This document shows, in pieces, positions 24,782-39,790 of a stretch of 53,091 nucleotides of DNA. The notes below the pieces were generated by a model, which searched no databases, had not been told where the DNA came from, and saw only the letters and a program-made list of their open reading frames with translations. The stretch comes from Octopus bimaculoides. Its lineage: Eukaryota. The translations under genes were made by a program, and so were the position numbers. The DNA is taken from contig NC_068981.1 in the NCBI RefSeq assembly GCF_001194135.2, positions 89,034,827-89,087,917 on the forward strand, given 5' to 3'. Numbering within the stretch: position 1 is the stretch's first letter; every line of letters starts with the position of its first letter.

Positions 24782-25935
24782 GAAAGGAAACGGGTGGATC
24801 CTCCCCATGAACTGATTAGTGATACATCTAGTGATGGTGTCACAATAAAGACACTAATAATTGCGCAACCTTATAATCGCTACCTCATATGAGAGACAAT
24901 GAAAAAACAAAATAGTGTGAATAACAGTGTTAATGAAACTGAAACCAAATGGCATTACACTCGGTAGGCTCAGATACTCTGGTCCGGCTCAGGCCTGTCG
25001 ATATCCAGAAAGGGACCACCACACACGGCGTAGATGAAGTAAGCAAATTAATGCTGTAATCATGGAGTGTTACTACTTGAGCAGCAAGGTAGATGTAAAT
25101 GGTGCTCAAATTAGGGGTTACCGACAACGTATGTATGATCATTGGAGAGGAAAGGGATCGTTTCAACTCACGGAACAGAGACTATGTGATCAAGCTAGAG
25201 CAATAAGAAACAAAACTGTTGGTTCACAGAAGTAGAGGTCGAAGCTATCAAAAGACAGGTCATGGAAAATAGCTGCAGAGATAACAATAAAAATGCAGTT
25301 CTTACTAATAAGAGTAATCTCATAGCACAGGAAAGGAGCAGTGGTAGTTGACTTGATGAGAGACATATAGATGATCTAAAAGAAGACAATAAAACTGATG
25401 GTGACATAACAAATGAACAGGAAGCAATCTACGACAGAATAAAAGCAAGACTACAGGAGAAAGATAACGAAATTATTTGCAACCTTAAAAAGGTTGATCG
25501 ATGGAAATTGAACCAAGAAACGAAAAACGTCAATGAAATTCTGAAATACATCAGAACAGACAACATCACAAAAACAAATAATTTGATCAAGGCAGCAAGT
25601 ATTGTAGCAGAAAACGTGGGTGCTGAAAAAGAAACATAATGGGAGTGACAAAAGAAAAGATACATGATAGAAAAGAAGAATCCAGGCAGGGTTATATATA
25701 TGCTCTCGATAGGAATCTCTGTGTTAGACCGAAAAGAGAAAGGAGAGATTAAAACCGAACAAAAATACAGGGAGCTGAAAAGGAAGAATAATATTGAAAG
25801 AAAGGGCCTGAAAGTAGTAGTGGAAGAACTGAAACAGCGTCTCGTTGCAAAGAAAGCAAAGACAGTAAGATTCCACCAAATAATGAAGGGTTACCACCAG
25901 AATAGGCTATTCAGAGTAGATCAGAAGAGATCGAA
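24782..25935 (+). mobile_element. R4/Dong-like LINE 5' portion (ORF N-terminus)
   Basis: IMECYYLSS...RGYRQRMYDHWRGKG...TEQRLCDQARAIRNK and EELKQRLVAKKAK...HQNRLFRVDQKR; starts just after an (AAT)n run. Confidence 0.8.
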
Positions 25936-26074
25936 ATACGACAACTTTAACACGAAATAACTTTGAAAGTACAAACTTTTCTCAACAGCACTAAGATGTG
26001 TTATATGACACAGTCTACCAGTTTCCGAAGTTTGAATGTGTTTATTTACAAAATATAAATTTCTCGATGTGCCG

Positions 26075-26257
26075 TTCAAAGGGTAAAGATCCTTCGTCGT
26101 CTTTACCTTCTGAGTTCAAATTCCGCCGAGGTCGACTTTGCCTTTCATCCCTTCGAGTTCTATAATATAAGAACCACTTGACTACTGGGGTCGATATAAT
26201 CGACTTACCCTTCCCCCAAATATCAGGCCTTGTTCCTATAGTAGAAAGGATTATTTC
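26075..26257 (+). mobile_element. SINE family C, 5'-truncated
   Basis: gagttcaaattccgccgaggtcgactttgcctttcatcc. Confidence 0.8.
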
Positions 26258-26328
26258 CATTGAAGAGTAAAATATTTCTTTATTTTACCTAACTTGATTT
26301 TTGTTTGTGTGTGTATTTGTTTTTCTAG

Positions 26329-27435
26329 ATGAGTAAAACTGCTATCCTTTGTTGTTGCTGAAAATATTTCGTGTGAATTCATGATACTGTTGTTCAGTTC
26401 CCGTTTTTATTACGTATCCAATATACAAATTCGCGCTTTACTATTTCATCGTTGAGTTTTATACTCGAAGCGTTACCTTCATTGGTCCGTAAGGACATCT
26501 ATGGATTTTAATTCTTTAATTATTTCCGCCTTTAGATTATTATTTATGATTTTCACCTTTAGAATTTGTCATTTTAAATTATCTTTTATTCAATGCAGCG
26601 CTGTTTCGAGGCTTATTGATTAGTAAATTGTACATTTTCCCGGGTTTGTGATTGTTGTTTTTTTTTGTGTGTGTTTTGTGATATACCTTGCTGTGGACGT
26701 GTTAGCTCTAAAAAATATACTGAAGTTTATGACTTCAATATCTTTATTTTCTTTACTTTTGTTCACTTTTTATGTTCTCATTGAGTAGCTGGCTTTCAGA
26801 ATGTATCTTCTTAAAATAGCTATTCTATTCAGATAGTACGCGTGACATTTATGTCGGGATTATTTCACCTTCATATTATATACGAGAAATGCTGTACATG
26901 AGAATACCCCAAAATGATGCTATTGTCACAGTTTCGTTTTGCATGGAGAGAACGGTTATAAAATATGTATGTAGGATAAAACGCGTTACTCTATACTATT
27001 ATATGCCTTTTTATTCCTCTCATGTCAATTTATATTTGTTTTATCTGCAGGGATTTGGTATTTTGAGAGTTATATATAATTTGCTTTGTTTAGAAACTTT
27101 CTGGCGTAACTTTAATGTTTCGTTCGTTGTTGTTTATTATGTAATGTGTGATTGTGCTATAGCACTGGTCAGCAATTGTACAGAAACAATATGTTATGAG
27201 TTTCGTTATAAATAAGACGATATACGTATAGAGTAGGCGTTCTGCTTGTTTCATTTATTGAATTTTTATCTTGCGGTATATTATATTATTGGGAGAAGAG
27301 TTTTCAATAAGTATACAGATTCATATATTTGTGTTTTTGAAACAAACGTGCCTTGCGTACATGAATTTCCAAGAAAAAAAATACAGCTTAATATATTCGT
27401 GTTAATGAAATAAAAGTGCCTTACGTACTATGCAG
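26329..27435 (+). other. Candidate terminal exon / 3'UTR
   Basis: Branch point CTAAC (26289-26293), T-rich tract, TAG acceptor, early stops in all frames, T-rich repeat-free body, AATAAA at 27409-27414. Confidence 0.3.
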
Positions 27436-28063
27436 AATATACATCGAAAAGTAACTTATGGACGGTATCTGAGTTTATGCCATGGCAATGGTGTTTAGGT
27501 CTTTGCTTATGCTCTTTATTATGTACATCGCCCTGATTTTAATGTAGGTGCTGCTTTTACTTTCATATTTCACATCCTGTTGAGGTTCTTTGTACATTGA
27601 TGGATTTAAATTGTTTTTCATATTATGTGTTTTTGAATGTATCGAAATCCCTATCAAATTGCATTGATTCTTCATTCCTGTCGTTAAATATTACTTTCAG
27701 TCAGTTCACTTCATATTTCTATCCGGCTGGAAAGGCGTATACCACATTATCATAGGCAGCTTACTTTCAATTCAACTGAGTTTTATAGTATTTATTGATG
27801 TGCAGTAGGAATTTAACACCTCAATGACTTGTTTATTGGTCCAAAGTCTTGTTTTGATTTTATTTCTATTTTGTTCAAGGGAAACACTAGGGGAGTCTTT
27901 CCAAAGAACAGTCAGTCAGGTATTTTATTAATTTTGAATAGAACGTGGTTTAATATCACGCTACGAAATTCATTATATATATATATATATATATATATCT
28001 CCCTCCCCTAAAATTTCAGGTCTTGTGACTTTAGTAGAAAGGATCATCATCATCATCAGCATC

Positions 28064-30632
<2,569 letters not shown>

Positions 30633-30652
30633 TTATTATTATTATTATTATT

Positions 30653-31310
30653 AAGGTGAAGTGGCACAAATGTTAGAGCGCTGGAAAATGCCTAGCGACA
30701 TTTCATCCGTTTTTACGTTCTGAATTCAAATTCCACCGAAGTCGACGTTGTTTTACATTCTTTTGGCGTCGATGATGTAAGTATCTGTGAAGTACTGGCG
30801 TCAATGTAATCGACTTCCCCTTGTTTCGAAAAACTACTGACTCTCTGCCACACTTGAAAAGATTATTATTATTATGACAAGGCAACGAAGGCGGAGAGAT
30901 GGCAGAATACTTAGCACGCCGGGCAAAATACTTAGCGGCATTTCGTCCGTTTTTACGTTCTGAGTTCAAATTTCGCCGTTGTCGACTTTGCCTTTCATCC
31001 TTTGGAGTCGATAAGATAATTACCAGTTGACATAGAGATCGATGTAATTGACTTCACTCCTCATCCCAAATTGCTGGCCTTGTGCCAAAATCATAAATTA
31101 TTATGACAAGGTGACGAGGTGACTAAAGCATTTGCCCGTTCGACAAAATACTTAGCAGTATTTCTTCTTGCTCTTTACGTGTCGTGTTCAAATTCCGCCT
31201 TTTATCTTTTCGGGGACATCTTGGGGAAGCCACTGAGGTCGATGTAATCGACTACTTCTTTTCTCTAACAAGGAAAAACTGTTGGCCTTCTACCAAAAGG
31301 CAAAATCATT
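30653..31310 (+). mobile_element. Three head-to-tail SINE C copies
   Basis: Units near 30653-30870, 30890-31100 and 31105-31310, separated by short tta linkers. Confidence 0.8.
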
Positions 31311-32929
31311 CTGAGATAGTAGTAGTAGTAGTAGTAGAAGCAGCAGCAGTGATGGTAGTGATATTTTAGTATTTAATCTGCTATTAAATCCGAGAGATTA
31401 AAGCGCACCCAATTAGAGTAATGCAATGTATTTGCTTTACCGTATCCAACTACATCAGTGATGTTATGGGAAATAAAGATTTCTTTTAAGTTTCAAGCTA
31501 AAGTAATGCTTTTATCCTTAATCCTAATCATGCTGTTTTGCACGCCATTTGGAAGTGATTAAACTCGACGTATATGCAGCGGAATGTACCGTGTAGTTAT
31601 GCAACAAACGGAAACCGAAAAGAAAAATAATATTGTTGGTTCATCACATCATAATGGCATTCTCATGAATCATGTGATTTTCTTTTGTCAAATATATTAC
31701 TTAACATTGATTGAGTCATAATAGATTGTTAAGACGGAACTGAGGAACTGACAGTGAACAAACTATAGCCACTCGGTTTAATCTGATGCAGACGTATTTA
31801 GATTCTCTGATTTAACTGCTGTCAACATTTATTTAATTTGATGTAACATATTTATTAACTTCAAATAGCTTTCATGTAAGTTAATTAAGTGAGACAAGAA
31901 ATCAGACAGGTCAATAAAATGAGAATGGAATTTGGAATGAAATATAAGAAAATAATAAAATAATTAGTGGTCTCATTTAAACAGAAGGAAACCGAAACAA
32001 ATCACTGACACTTGAAGTTTCATTAAGAATTAATTATAGAAATCCATTAACAGAGAATAAACAGAGCAAATAAATAAGTATCTAAAAAACAGTTAAAATC
32101 TTTTTTCTAAGTTGAGTTATGGCTGTCTTTAGACAACGAATATTGGATTTATAATCTTACAGTGTTAACTTTACTACTTGAATTATTTGCTGCATTAAGC
32201 CAGAGATGAGTTTTTAAAACAGCAGAACCCGGCTAAAGATTGCTTAATAACATTGAATTGCATGTTGCTGTCTTCAGATATTAATCATCATGTTGAAGCA
32301 AAAGTCAGGATAAATTAAACTGATCTATACATCTGACTGATAAGATCAGAGAAAGGTCAGGTCAAACTCCTTAAGAGATATAGTTGGCGTCAAGTGTACA
32401 GACATAACATTTAAAATGTAGCGCATCAACAACAAACCAGAATTTTCACACTGGGAAATGCCATTACTAGCGTACATTTTGATGTGAACTCTGTTCAATA
32501 CAATATTAGCATGTATAAATCAGACAGTAAAGTGACGATGCTAAAATTAGATACCACATTCTCTTGGGCTGTTTTAATTATAGGGAATGTCTTTTGAAAC
32601 ATTGTGATTTCTCAGACATTTAGAGGCAAAAATAAAGTAATAAATAATCCTTATGAAATAAGAAAATGACAGGCTGGAGTTGACAGCATATTCAGCAATA
32701 GAATTTTATTTAATAATTCGGGCTTCAGATAATGAAAGCCTTACGAATAAAACTGAAGTAAATTGATTTCAGTTTCTCTCTTTTTTTTTTTGCCGCTGCA
32801 AATTTTGTGATATTTAAAAAAAAAAAAACTTTCTTTGCTTCTTCGTACACAACACTGCTTCAATTGATGATTTACAATAAACTTCTTGTTGGTAATGTAA
32901 CATGACAAAGTGAGAGGAGAGACGAAGAA

Positions 32930-33050
32930 CGATAGAATAAGTACTAAGCTTACAAAGAATAAACCCTGCTTGACTAAACCCCCTTAAGGTGGTGCTTCAG
33001 CATGGCTACAGTCAAATGACTGAAACCAATAAAAGAAATAAAAGAATATA
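32930..33050 (+). mobile_element. SINE B tail fragment
   Basis: aaggtggtgcttcagcatggctacagtcaaatgactgaaacc..taaaaga. Confidence 0.7.
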
Positions 33051-34082
33051 TATACACAAAATTTAAGTTCGTTAATGTATGTTTGTAACATATTTCTCAT
33101 GGTAAAAGGGTTTGGAAACACCCTATTTGTTCAGTGTCGTCATCTATCAGGATTCCCAGATATCGATGTTTCAAGCTGGTTGGGTTTTATCAAGGGGATG
33201 TTCCTAAGATAGGCAATTATGAAAAATCTGATAAGGCAAAAGCGTTATGTAAAATGCAATCAATTTTATGAAATAAAATATTTACACAGTTGACCGATTT
33301 AGTGATGACTGCGTAGTTGGTCATAATGTTATAATTTCATGCTATCATAATAAGTTTTCAAGTAGGAAGAAGGATATTTTACGTGAGTGAAAGAACGAAA
33401 GTATCAGCACATTCGGTTGGTGTTACAAGCATTTAATAAGAGTTTCACTTAGCTCTACATGACTGAGTGTTTCGTGAGTGCACAGGCAAGCCCACCCCAT
33501 CCCATCACATTTTGTGAAAGAGTGAAGGGTTTAGGCCACTATCAGGCAGCGTACGTCAATGTTGTTAATAATATCAAAGTAGCTTCGGTATTTTTGTTAT
33601 CTTTTGGTCCACGTCATGGGACAGGAAGTTGGTAGGATGATGGTGATATAAGTTCTTTTATTGGGTAGCACAGAAGGAAGGTAAGGTGTTGGAATTCGAA
33701 TACAAAATAGATACACATGGAAGTAACTATTTTGGCAGAGATCGGTTATACGACCAATATGAATTGAATCTGCGATATACCAGAGGCAGGGATTAAGTAT
33801 CCTGCCCTCGTGTGAGGATCAGCTAGGTGTAGGGTGGTATACCCGGATTTCCAACAGCAAGAGGTTTGAAGTTTATTAAGAAGGGGTACTTCTGGTAGTT
33901 AGAATGGTGTTCATTCTTTTTATTGATGGATAGAAGCTGGAAGAGTACATGAACTGTATATATCTTGCAATTAAAGTTATTGGCTATCGAGTCCGTGTAG
34001 AGTCTGGTGATGCTATCGAATAGTGTGAGCGTGACTCTACAAACTACAGCATTTGAGAATTAGCATCCTCCCACAGTGTATT

Positions 34083-34140
34083 TCTTTTCTTCTTTTATCT
34101 GTTTCAGTCATTTGACTGCGGCCATGCTGGAGCACCACCT
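34083..34140 (-). mobile_element. SINE B tail fragment
   Basis: tttcagtcatttgactgcggccatgctggagcaccacc. Confidence 0.7.
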
Positions 34141-34413
34141 TTGTATTTGGTAGGATTATTGCAGTCACTGGTTGAGGTGTGGGTTTGAGACTGTGTAGGT
34201 GTATGTTTATGTCTATTGCAACATGTAAAATTTGAAACGATATAGCCTAAAAGAGTGTACGAATGTGTGTGTGTGTTTGCATGTATGTATGTATGTATAT
34301 ATATACATAAAAATATATATGTATANNNNNNNNNNNNNNNNNNNNNNNNNNNNNNNNNNNNNNNNNNNNNNNNNNNNNNNNNNNNNNNNNNNNNNNNNNN
34401 NNNNNNNNNNNNN

Positions 34414-34466
<53 letters not shown>

Positions 34467-36635
34467 GAATATATATATATGTATGTATATATATATGCAT
34501 ATATATGTATATATATATATACATACATATACATATATATACATGCATATATATATACATACATACATATACAAATATATATGTGTGTGTGTTTGTGTGT
34601 GTGTGTATGTGTGTGTATGTGTGTGTGTGCGTGCGTGCGTACATCTGTATGCATATGATTATGACTGCAAATGTTATGTGTCTATTTCCATTTGAAAAAT
34701 AATTCATAGAAGTTTGTTTGAAATTTGTGTAAAATAAAATAATTTGTAATTTAAAAAAAAATAAAAACAAATATATATAAGTGATATATTGAGTTATATA
34801 ATAGAAAACAACAAAAACACAAACTATATTTTCTCCGGTATGTGCTGCTAATTTTTTTGGTGAACAACAAATCGAATTCTAAAGAGATATTTGAAAATAG
34901 CTTTTCTAGAGAAACGTATTTCACGCATTTGATTCACATATTATACAAATCTCATTTCAGACATTTGAAATTAGATTTTGACTAAAAACAAAATTGCATA
35001 CGACATCCGTTGGTATATACGAATTGTTTATAGTATCATAAACTATACAAGTACTATAATAAAATAGATTTCATAAAAAGTGCTAATTTTCCTCCATCTC
35101 CTATCCTTCCTGCATCTTTGACTTTTTTATTATGTCTTCTCTTTTCATTATTTCTGCATGGTTTCTGTTAAAGATAACGAATATGCACATCTATATTAAA
35201 GTACGAAATAGCCAACTATGTATCATAGTTAATATAAACACAATGTCGATTGTTAAGGTATGGCAGTATTTTGCCCTTATAATAATACCTCTTATGGTCT
35301 TGTGTTAAAAACAGAAAAGCTATCAGAGAAAGGGAGAGAAAGAGGAAAATTCGTACCAGCAGTGGCTAGTCATCCCTCACTCTTTCTCTAATATTTAACG
35401 TATGGCGGATATAAAACAGTCTCATATGCATATTATCTGCTCTCTCGCTCTTTCTCTCGTAAAATTTTCTTCTGTGTGTGCCAAGATCATTGCAAAAATA
35501 TCTAGAGAGCCGCTTAAAGACTATTTTAAGATGAATGTCAACATAACTGGATCTATTCAATCTCAATCAGAGATTAATTTTTTAATTAAACAGTTTGAAA
35601 CTTTGAATACTGGTAGAATTTCTCACGCAGAACACGGTTTACTCTGAACGTTTTTGTCCAAATTTCGTATTTTAGAAGTTATTTAGTGTTAAAATTGTAT
35701 TTGGTTAATTTCAACCAATCAACGACGTGTATTCGGTTGAAGAAAGCTACTGCTGTTTAATTAAAAAAAAAAATATTAAAAAACCTGTGATTGAGATAGA
35801 TAAGATTCACATAACTGTGATGAGCCAATAACTTTTAATTAATAAAGAAAGACATCGGAAGGAGCCTAAAATTTTGATTAATTAAACTTATTCAAAATAA
35901 AATAGAAATGCATTATGGTTACAACAGTAGGAATGAGTTTGACCTCGTCAGTGCAGTGGCAGATCTAGAAATATTTCGGTTTTATTAGATTTTCAGCCAA
36001 GCATCTAAATGCACTGCAAACGTGAACGTCTAAGACTGCATCAAAAAGGAAGCTTTCGAATTAATAAAGAATCACTCAAATACATGTCAACCTGTGGTCC
36101 AGAAATGGGCTTTCTTCTGACTCCGCCTACTTGTCACATTGATATATGCTCCTCAATATAATTTGTTTATATATCACAATCCCATTCAATAGGTTCTTTT
36201 TCTTCCTTCGTCACCAACATCGAAATAATAGTGATTTCCGAGGTTTTAACATGCCTGCTATGATTCTGTCGTATTCATGTTGCTAAAACAGAAGTTACAG
36301 AAATGCTCCAGGTGCTACTTAACTCATTCTTGCCGCTATGTTATAAACTTGTGCTTCTTAGAACACTCTCAGGCAGCATTTTTTAACACGTCTGGTACCT
36401 TCACACAGTCTTCAGACACTGTCCATATGGCATAACAAGATAAGCCAAGAAGATAAGACAGGAAAAAAATACGAGAAAAGGCGAGAAGAAAGTCGATGTA
36501 AAAGGTAGAAGGTTAGAAAACCGGAAAACGAAAAGAAAACAGAAAAAAGAAAAATATGTGCGCATACACACACACACACACACACACACTCACACATACA
36601 CACACACACACACAAACACACACACACTCACACAC

Positions 36636-36669
<34 letters not shown>

Positions 36670-36915
36670 ATCATCTCATACCAATTAATTGTTGAGAATA
36701 GAATAGAAGTGACGTAATAAGTTCCATTAGCCTACAATTGTTTACGCTATAAGAGGCAGTAAAATCAGAGCTGAGTGCTTTTACATCATATAGCTTACTC
36801 AGAGCCACTAAAAGGAAGCGTATGATACTCACACACACACATTACATATATACACATACGTACGTATATACATGCGTACATATATATGTATATTGTGTAT
36901 ATAGACATAGGTGCG

Positions 36916-36967
<52 letters not shown>

Positions 36968-37716
36968 NNNNNNNNNNNNNNNNNNNNNNNNNNNNNNNNN
37001 NNNNNNNNNNNNNNNNNNNNNNNNNNNNNNNNNNNNNNNNNNNNNNNNNNNNNNNNNNNNNNNNNNNNNNNNNNNNNNNNNNNNNNNNNNNNNNNNNNNN
37101 NNNNNNNNNNNNNNNNNNNNNNNNNNNNNNNNNNNNNNNNNNNNNNNNNNNNNNNNNNNNNNNNNNNNNNNNNNNNNNNNNNNNNNNNNNNNNNNNNNNN
37201 NNNNNNNNNNNNNNNNNNNNNNNNNNNNNNNNNNNNNNNNNNNNNNNNNNNNNNNNNNNNNNNNNNNNNNNNNNNNNNNNNNNNNNNNNNNNNNNNNNNN
37301 NNNNNNNNNNNNNNNNNNNNNNNNNNNNNNNNNNNNNNNNNNNNNNNNNNNNNNNNNNNNNNNNNNNNNNNNNNNNNNNNNNNNNNNNNNNNNNNNNNNN
37401 NNNNNNNNNNNNNNNNNNNNNNNNNNNNNNNNNNNNNNNNNNNNNNNNNNNNNNNNNNNNNNNNNNNNNNNNNNNNNNNNNNNNNNNNNNNNNNNNNNNN
37501 NNNNNNNNNNNNNNNNNNNNNNNNNNNNNNNNNNNNNNNNNNNNNNNNNNNNNNNNNNNNNNNNNNNNNNNNNNNNNNNNNNNNNNNNNNNNNNNNNNNN
37601 NNNNNNNNNNNNNNNNNNNNNNNNNNNNNNNNNNNNNACATATATATATATATATGTACCCATTCATACATGCATAAATATACATACATACATAAATACA
37701 TACATACATATATATA

Positions 37717-38939
37717 TTGGGTCATCCCATAAATAATGCAGTTTTTTTTATACTTCTTTTATTTTTCAAAATTAAGATAAACAAAGTTCATTTTGGATCT
37801 TAAATATACTCTCCTTCATTTTCTACAATGCTCTTCCATCTATCTGATAGACTTGTAGGGCCCCTCTTTCAAAATTCACTTGTCCGTGACGAAAACATAC
37901 TTCACCAGTATTGTTTTGACCTCGTCTACAGGGTTCATATTTTTTCCGTCCCAATGGTTTTGAAGACTGTAGAATAAATGATAGCCGCATAATAAATTAT
38001 AATCCCATTTAAACTGCTCCAGCCTTTGGAATGTCATCCTCGCTGTATGTGGTCGAGTATTATCGTGATGCAAGAATACCTTTCATCTTGAAAACAAATA
38101 TGGTCGTTTTTCTTCGAGCGCTGCCTTAAGCCGCTCAAGCTGCTTGCAGTAGATCTCCTTTCTTATCGCTTGGTTTGGGTTTAACATTTCAAAGTGGTCT
38201 AAATCTTTCATATCTCACCAAACAGGTAGCACCTTACGTGGGTGAAGACTTTCTTTAACCTGGGTTGTTGGTGTTTTTCCTTTCCTTACCAACTGTCTTC
38301 GGCGCCTGATATGTTTATAGAGAACTCATTTCTCGGTCACTATTCGGTCCCAAAACGGTCTCAAAAGATCACACATTCACCTTCCACGCGCGATTAGAGT
38401 AGAAAGGCTTATGAGGAACACTTTGACCCAATTTCCTGAATTTACCCATGGTACGCAGGTGTCGATGAATGGTCTAATGACGAAATCCAGAATTCTCTGC
38501 TAGTTCCCCAACAGTTACGAGGGGATTTTGTTCCACCAGGACGTCCTCGACGAGCTCTACAGATCTTTCAGGACGACGCTCGTCTTCTAAGCTGTAGTTT
38601 CTGCCTCGGAACTTCTGGAACCACTTTTGACATTGGGTTAGGCTTATTGTGCGATCTCCATATACTGCATTAATATTCCTCGCACTTTCCGTTGCGTTTT
38701 TGCCTTTATTGGATTCAGAAAAGAAAATATGCCGAACATGCTCCTTTGTCACTTCCATTATAGCTTTGAAAAAAATAATAGTTAAAATCGGACAGCATTC
38801 TTCAAAACGTGCACTAAGAATAAGGCCATGGTAAAATTACTAGCTGCTTTTATAGCAAGTTGATGCAGGTAGTGTATCTCGTCCCTCTTCGACTTTTAGT
38901 TTATGCAAATGAAAATACCGCATTATTTATGGGATGACG
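37717..38939 (-). mobile_element. Mariner-family DNA transposon, decayed, right end cut by gap
   Basis: TIRs ttgggtcatcccataaataatgc / gcattatttatgggatgac, with TA at 37715-37716. Confidence 0.9.
37800..38758 (-). pseudogene. Mariner transposase pseudogene
   Basis: MEVTKEHVRHIFF...CQKWFQKFR..NYSLEDERR (HTH region), HHDNTRPHTA, YHLFYSLQN; internal deletions and frameshifts; stop at 37800-37802. Confidence 0.88.
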
Positions 38940-39575
38940 NNNNNNNNNNNNNNNNNNNNNNNNNNNNNNNNNNNNNNNNNNNNNNNNNNNNNNNNNNNNN
39001 NNNNNNNNNNNNNNNNNNNNNNNNNNNNNNNNNNNNNNNNNNNNNNNNNNNNNNNNNNNNNNNNATATATATATATATATATACATACACATATGTACGT
39101 ATACACACACATGCATATATACTATATGTGTATATACACATGCGTACGTATATACATGCATATTTATAGATAACCCATATATAACTCGATTGCAATAAAG
39201 AATTGTGAGATATAGGCAGTAAACCAAATACTTCATCATAAAGAAATTTCTGCAAATGCTTATTCAAGTATCAAGTAACTCGGATCTTTTTCTTTTCTAA
39301 ATCCGCTTTATTCTAGAATTATATACTATGTGAAGGTATATACTCTATGATGGTCTATAGAATCCATCAGCCAAGAGAATCTCAATTCGGTGTAAGCATA
39401 AAGCATAAAACATTCGAAGATAAACGCAAATCCCCGTTCATATACGACATTGTGAGAGATTATTTGGTGTATGATTATAGCTATACCTCTACACATTTCA
39501 CCTTACCAAATTGGCATTTTGTCTGAAAAGAAATCATTATTACAAACTTTTATATACAAATACATAGATATGTGT

Positions 39576-39790
<215 letters not shown>

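Noticed and set aside
30653-31310. Regularly spaced repeats that could suggest a CRISPR-like array
   Set aside because: Units are ~200-bp SINE copies; no spacers, no cas genes, eukaryotic context
33450-34060. GC-richer stretch that might be a very old LINE on the minus strand
   Set aside because: Only vague peptide resemblance and no diagnostic motif readable by eye; needs HMM search
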